NCBI GenBank assembly: GCA_964593705.1
Contig: CAZQIV010000015.1
Location: 11,454-75,453, forward strand
Direction of reading: 5' to 3'
Length of the DNA stretch: 64,000 nucleotides
DNA from: an uncultured Lentimicrobiaceae bacterium
GTDB taxonomy: Bacteria; Bacteroidota; Bacteroidia; Bacteroidales; 4484-276
Of the stretch, positions 59,806 through 64,000 are shown piece after piece; position 1 is the stretch's first letter, and each line of letters opens with the position of its first letter. The notes beneath the pieces were generated by a model. It saw nothing but the letters and a program-made list of their open reading frames with translations. It ran no database searches and was not told where the DNA came from. The position numbers and the translations under genes are program-made.

Positions 59806-60924
59806 ATGGCAAAACTAAAAATACTGGTTGTTGATGATGAACCGGGCATCCGCTCTGGAGTTATACGCATCTTACGAAACTTTAAGGTGGATTATCCTTT
59901 TATGGATGAACACTATGATTTCCAGGTGTTCGAGGCTGCCGATGGGGAAGATGGAATAGCGCTTATAGATGGCGAGCAACCGGATATTGTGCTACTCGAC
60001 AACAAGCTTCCCGGCATACAGGGGGTGGAGGTATTGGAGTACATCCGCAACAAAAAGTACGATATGTTTGTGGTAATGATCACGTCTTATGCCTCCTTGG
60101 AACTGGCCGTAAAGGCTACCCACGATGGGGCAGTTGACTTTATCCCGAAACCATTCACACCCCAGGAACTCAAATCATCGCTCGAAACCATTGTAAAGCA
60201 GATTTACCTTAAGCGTATGGCCCGCGAAATGAAACAGCAGGGCAAACAAATCCGCTTTCAGTTTTTATCAGTTTTATCACACGAGCTTAAAGCGCCCCTC
60301 AATGCCGTTGAAGGTTATCTTAATATAATTAAAGACCGCCAGTTGGGAGATAATATTAACGATTACAACGAACTTATCAATCGGTCGTTGAAAAGGCTGT
60401 CGGGGATGCGTAACCTGATTTTTGATCTTTTGGATCTTACTAAAATAGAATCGGGCAAACAAAGCCAGCGGACGGAAAACACTGATTTGGTAACTATTGT
60501 GCGCAATGCTATCGATACCATGATGCCTTTTGCCATCCAGAAAGAAGTGGAGGTAGCATTGAATGGACCTGAAAAAATGATTAAATTTATCGATCCCGAA
60601 GAAATGGAAATCATTTTAAATAACCTCATTTCAAATGCTATAAAGTACAACAGGCAAAAAGGAACAGTGAATATTAACCTTGCTGAAGGAGATGGTAAAA
60701 CAACAATTCGGGTTGAAGATTCGGGAATTGGCATCAATAAAGAGGACCAGGCAAAGCTTTTCAAGGACTTTTCGAGGATAAAAAATCCGAAAACAAAAAA
60801 TATAACAGGAAGTGGGCTGGGATTATCCATTGTAAAAAAAATAGTTGAACTAAATAAGGGAAGTATCCAAGTTGAAAGCGAACCGGATAAAGGGACTGTT
60901 TTTACTGTAATCTTACCTGTTTAG
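59806..60924 (+). CDS. Hybrid receiver-histidine kinase (REC-HisKA-HATPase_c)
   Basis: 372 aa with 'ILVVDDEPGIR', 'DIVLLDNKLPG', H-box 'LSVLSHELKAPLNAV', N-box 'NLISNAIKYN', and G-boxes 'VEDSGIGI' and 'GSGLGLSIV'. Confidence 0.88.
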   Translation: MAKLKILVVDDEPGIRSGVIRILRNFKVDYPFMDEHYDFQVFEAADGEDGIALIDGEQPDIVLLDNKLPGIQGVEVLEYIRNKKYDMFVVMITSYASLELAVKATHDGAVDFIPKPFTPQELKSSLETIVKQIYLKRMAREMKQQGKQIRFQFLSVLSHELKAPLNAVEGYLNIIKDRQLGDNINDYNELINRSLKRLSGMRNLIFDLLDLTKIESGKQSQRTENTDLVTIVRNAIDTMMPFAIQKEVEVALNGPEKMIKFIDPEEMEIILNNLISNAIKYNRQKGTVNINLAEGDGKTTIRVEDSGIGINKEDQAKLFKDFSRIKNPKTKNITGSGLGLSIVKKIVELNKGSIQVESEPDKGTVFTVILPV

Positions 60925-60927
60925 TCC

Positions 60928-61077
60928 TTGCAAGAAAACTATTAATGTTGAAAATCAGCATTCACCCCGGCCCTAACTCGCTTCGCAGCGGGAGGGAGTT
61001 TTGATTTTCAACAGTTTGCTCCCTTTAGGGATGGGGTGATCAAGCTGTTGAAAATCTAATTGTCGGAGTTTTCTTGC
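60928..61077. repeat. Nested palindromic composite after the hybrid kinase gene
   Basis: The outer pair tgcaagaaaact / agttttcttgca encloses the tgttgaaaatca...ttgattttcaaca hairpin. That hairpin's loop carries a cgcttcgcagcggg module. A ctccctttagggatggggtg module also lies inside. Confidence 0.8.
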
Positions 61078-61150
61078 AAACACTATTTAAGTGAGAGAGA
61101 AAATATAATGTGTATCAGGGTATTTTTCCAAGTCAACAGTCTTTGCCAAC

Positions 61151-61280
61151 TGTGGACTGCCAATCCCGAAAAGTAGAAAATTTCAGAATTTCGTAACTTT
61201 TCGAGCCCGCCTTGCCGCCAGCATAGGCTTTTGTTTAGGCGAGGCAGGGATGCACGGGCGAAGCCCGGCACTGTGGACTG
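61151..61280. repeat. E1 composite (reverse orientation) carrying a 43-nt nested insertion
   Basis: cccgaaaagtagaaaat...ttcgtaacttttcgag | cccgccttgccgccagcataggcttttgtttaggcgaggcagg (61206-61248) | gatgcacgggcgaagcccgg. It is flanked by tgtggactg on both sides. Confidence 0.85.
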
Positions 61281-61340
61281 ATTTTTAAACAACAAAGGTT
61301 CACAAAAATTAAAGTAGAACAAAATATTAATGAAGCAAGC

Positions 61341-62279
61341 GTGAAAGTATTCAGAGACATTGAAAATCTTCCAGCCATCAGCAATTGTGTTGTTACAACC
61401 GGTTCCTTCGATGGAGTGCATATTGGCCATCAGGTGTTAATTGACAGGCTCAATGAGCTGGCCAGGACTATTGGCGGCGAATCCGTGCTCATCACTTTTT
61501 ATCCGCATGTGCGAAAAGTGCTCTACCCGGAAACCAAAGGTAAAGATCTGGAGATGATTAATTCGCAGAGCGAAAAAATTGAACTGCTCGAAAAAACCGG
61601 GCTGGATAACCTGGTGCTCATCAATTTTACACTTGAATTTTCAAAAACATCAGCCGAAGATTTTGTGCGGAAATTACTGGTAGGTAAGTTGGGGGCCAGG
61701 ATTATTGTTGTAGGCTACAACCATTATTTTGGTCATAATAAAGAGGGGAATTACGTTAAGTTGATAAAATTGGGGAAAGAGATCAACTTTGAAGTCGTGG
61801 AAATTCCAAAGCAGGAACTTGAGAAAGAAACAGTGGGCTCTACAAAAATCCGTAAGTCGCTCAAAAATGGTAAGATAATGCACGCCAATGCTTACCTCGA
61901 CCACATTTACTTTATCCACTCCGTTTTTTGTGTGGGTAGTGAGCTCTATAGTAATCTGGGGTTTAAAACTTTTGTGGTAAAAATTGAAGAAGACAGCAAG
62001 CTAATTCCTCCTGACGGAATTTATGCTATCAGGGCCGAAATTGATGGCCTTATCTCAAAAGGCATGATGCTCAATAATTACCATGGAACATTTATACACC
62101 CGGAACTCAAAAATGCGGTAGAAATATACTTGTTTGAAACCGGCCTTGACTATTGCAATAAATTCGGAAAAGTATTTGTACACAAGGAGATGAGCAGAAC
62201 AATTCAGCTAAACGATAAAGAAAAACTTCAAAGTCAGATGGTAACTATTAGGTCAGAAATTGAAGAACTAATATATTAA
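61341..62279 (+). CDS. ribF: Bifunctional riboflavin kinase / FAD synthetase
   Basis: 312 aa with 'TGSFDGVHIGHQ', 'GYNHYFGHNKEG' and 'STKIRKSL'. The start is GTG 61341. Confidence 0.9.
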   Translation: MKVFRDIENLPAISNCVVTTGSFDGVHIGHQVLIDRLNELARTIGGESVLITFYPHVRKVLYPETKGKDLEMINSQSEKIELLEKTGLDNLVLINFTLEFSKTSAEDFVRKLLVGKLGARIIVVGYNHYFGHNKEGNYVKLIKLGKEINFEVVEIPKQELEKETVGSTKIRKSLKNGKIMHANAYLDHIYFIHSVFCVGSELYSNLGFKTFVVKIEEDSKLIPPDGIYAIRAEIDGLISKGMMLNNYHGTFIHPELKNAVEIYLFETGLDYCNKFGKVFVHKEMSRTIQLNDKEKLQSQMVTIRSEIEELIY

Positions 62280-62289
62280 TTTGGTACTA

Positions 62290-62455
62290 CAGTGGACTGT
62301 GAATCCCGAAAAATAGAAAATCTATGATTTTCGTAATTTTTCGTGCCCGCCTTGTTCGCCTCGCTGCGAAGCGGGCCGCCAGTGCAGGCTTTTGTATAGG
62401 CGAGGCAGGGATGCACGGGCAAAGCCCGGCACTGCCAACTGTGGACTGCCAACTG
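62290..62455. repeat. E1 composite (reverse orientation) carrying a 64-nt doubly nested insertion
   Basis: The framework is the same as 61151-61280. The insert at 62346-62409 equals the 43-nt module plus a further 21 nt (ttcgcctcgctgcgaagcggg) inside it. It is flanked by gtggactg words. Confidence 0.85.
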
Positions 62456-62475
62456 ACTTAGTAAATTTTGAATTA

Positions 62476-63258
62476 ATGGACAATAAGAAGATTACAATAA
62501 CCTTTCTCGGAACAGGTACTTCCATAGGTGTGCCCGTTATTACCTGCGATTGCGCGGTATGCACCTCCACCGACCCACGCGATAACCGCACACGGGCTTC
62601 GGTGATGATAGAAGTTGATGACAAGGTTTTTGTGATCGACTGTGGCCCGGATTTTAGGATGCAGATGCTGCGCGAAAATGTGAAGAACTTATCGGCAATA
62701 CTATTTACCCACGAGCACCGCGATCATATTGCAGGTCTCGACGATGTAAGGGCTTTCAACTATGTGCTCAACAAGCGCATCGATATTTACGGATTGGATA
62801 GAACTCTTGAAATGGTTAAAACTGAATTTCCATACATTTTCACTCCTCAGCGCTACTTTGGAGCGCCACAAATCAATCTGAATATTATCGACTCGAATCC
62901 ATTTGCCATAGACGGATATAATTTTATCCCCCTTACGGTTTATCACGATAAGCTGCCCATTTTGGGTTTTCGTTTTGGCGATTTCACCTATATCACCGAT
63001 GCCAGTCGTGTTGATGATACTGAACTTGAAAAAGCGAAAGGATCAAAAGTCGTGGTTTTAAATGCTTTACGCAATTCAAGACATCCCTCACACTTTTCGG
63101 TGGATGAAGCACTGGAGATCATCGAAAAACTAAACCCTGAAGTTGCTTATCTTACACACATGAGCCACTTCATTGGCAAACACGAAGAACTTGATGCCCG
63201 ATTGCCCGAAAATGTTCACCCTGCCTACGATGGCCTGCGGATTGAACTTCCAGTGTGA
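62476..63258 (+). CDS. MBL-fold metallo-hydrolase (PhnP-like)
   Basis: 'ITFLGTGTSIGVP' and 'THEHRDHIAG'. The start is placed at ATG 62476 ('MDNKKITITFLG'), because the track ORF N-terminus is translated repeat sequence. Confidence 0.85.
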   Translation: MDNKKITITFLGTGTSIGVPVITCDCAVCTSTDPRDNRTRASVMIEVDDKVFVIDCGPDFRMQMLRENVKNLSAILFTHEHRDHIAGLDDVRAFNYVLNKRIDIYGLDRTLEMVKTEFPYIFTPQRYFGAPQINLNIIDSNPFAIDGYNFIPLTVYHDKLPILGFRFGDFTYITDASRVDDTELEKAKGSKVVVLNALRNSRHPSHFSVDEALEIIEKLNPEVAYLTHMSHFIGKHEELDARLPENVHPAYDGLRIELPV

Positions 63259-63414
63259 TGCTGTTAAATCCTGAACTTCATATCAGGGAATCCAACATTT
63301 ATAACCGTGTTAAACAACGCATTCTCTTGCAAAAGTAAACGTTCGATATTGTAAACTTTGCGAAGCAAATAATTGCTGTAATTTGTACTTTAAATTAAGT
63401 AAACGATTACCAAA

Positions 63415-64000
63415 ATGATATTCAATCCGGAGAAATACGCCATTCCTGACGAAGCCATGAAACCCTTCATCGACCCTGATGAAATTAATGGATACCTTCA
63501 AAAATCAAAAGCCACTAAGGCCAGGGTTAGGGAAATAATAGCCAAGTCGCTTTCCAAAAAGCGCCTTAACCTTGAAGAAACAGCCACGCTCATCAATGCA
63601 GATGACCCTGAGCTGATCGGGGAAATAAAAAATGGCGCCCGCGAACTCAAGAAAACGGTCTATGGGAATCGTATTGTTTTGTTTGCCCCGCTTTATATTG
63701 GTAATCATTGCATTAATAATTGTAAATACTGCGGTTTTAAAGCCTCCAACAAATTTGCAGTCCGCCGCAAATTAACAGATGAGGAAATTATACGCGAAAC
63801 CGAGGCTCTTGAAGATAATGGCCAAAAACGTCTTATTCTGGTTTATGGAGAACATCCCATGTACAACCCCGAATTTATTGCGCATTCTGTGAAGTTGGTT
63901 TATGGTGTGAAAAAAGGAAACGGTGAAATCAGGCGTGTTAATATTAATGCCGCACCACTCGACATCGAGGGTTTCCGCACGGTGAAAAATGCCGGTATAG
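63415..64000 (+). CDS. hydG: [FeFe]-hydrogenase maturase HydG (radical SAM, ThiH-like), 5' partial
   Basis: An open frame from ATG 63415 runs off the window, so it is absent from the ORF track. Translation: 'MIFNPEKYAIPDEAMKPFIDPDEINGYLQKSKATKARVREII...LFAPLYIGNHCINNCKYCGFKASN'. It has a CX3CX2C motif and a HydG-like N-terminus. Confidence 0.82.
   Translation, partial: MIFNPEKYAIPDEAMKPFIDPDEINGYLQKSKATKARVREIIAKSLSKKRLNLEETATLINADDPELIGEIKNGARELKKTVYGNRIVLFAPLYIGNHCINNCKYCGFKASNKFAVRRKLTDEEIIRETEALEDNGQKRLILVYGEHPMYNPEFIAHSVKLVYGVKKGNGEIRRVNINAAPLDIEGFRTVKNAGI

Noticed and set aside
61151-61280. The 9-bp direct repeat tgtggactg flanking the E1 composite as a target-site duplication.
   Set aside because: The same word (within gccaactgtggactgccaa) also flanks the second copy at 62290-62455. 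It is therefore more likely part of another module or a preferred target than a duplication generated on insertion.

Overview
This looks like a chromosomal segment from a Bacteroidota genome. The evidence is the uppS-bamA-skp-skp block, many T9SS C-terminal sorting domains, a frdCAB-type succinate dehydrogenase/fumarate reductase, and the absence of obvious Shine-Dalgarno sites. All product calls rest on motifs and domain order read from the ORF translations, because no database search was possible.

Intact housekeeping genes: leuS, nadK, uppS, bamA, two skp/ompH, pepP, sdhCAB, bcp, ribF and tRNA-Cys(GCA).

Main result: a [FeFe]-hydrogenase supercluster at 47.9-60.9 kb.
- A NuoE/NuoF-linked trimeric hydCBA operon sits in the middle.
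- On one side, divergently transcribed, are a small [2Fe-2S] ferredoxin, a PAS-containing sensory hydrogenase paralog and a PP2C/SpoIIE phosphatase.
- On the other side are an H-domain fused to a histidine kinase, a stand-alone receiver and a receiver-kinase hybrid.
- No DNA-binding output protein is visible.
- All three H-domain proteins deviate from the canonical TSCCP motif. HydA and the kinase fusion read 'SSDCP'. The PAS paralog also lacks one canonical cluster cysteine.
- The maturases hydE (4.3 kb) and hydG (63.4 kb, partial) lie far apart, and hydF is not in the window.

Two further themes:
1. Nearly every intergenic region is built from short GC-rich palindromic modules. They are nested inside one another, and precise filled-versus-empty sites are visible. 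They include a six-unit hairpin array whose stems covary.
2. About 12 kb (eight genes) are degraded by nonsense codons, frameshifts or deletions. Four of the five T9SS cargo genes are affected, while all large housekeeping genes are intact.

ovoA is also present.
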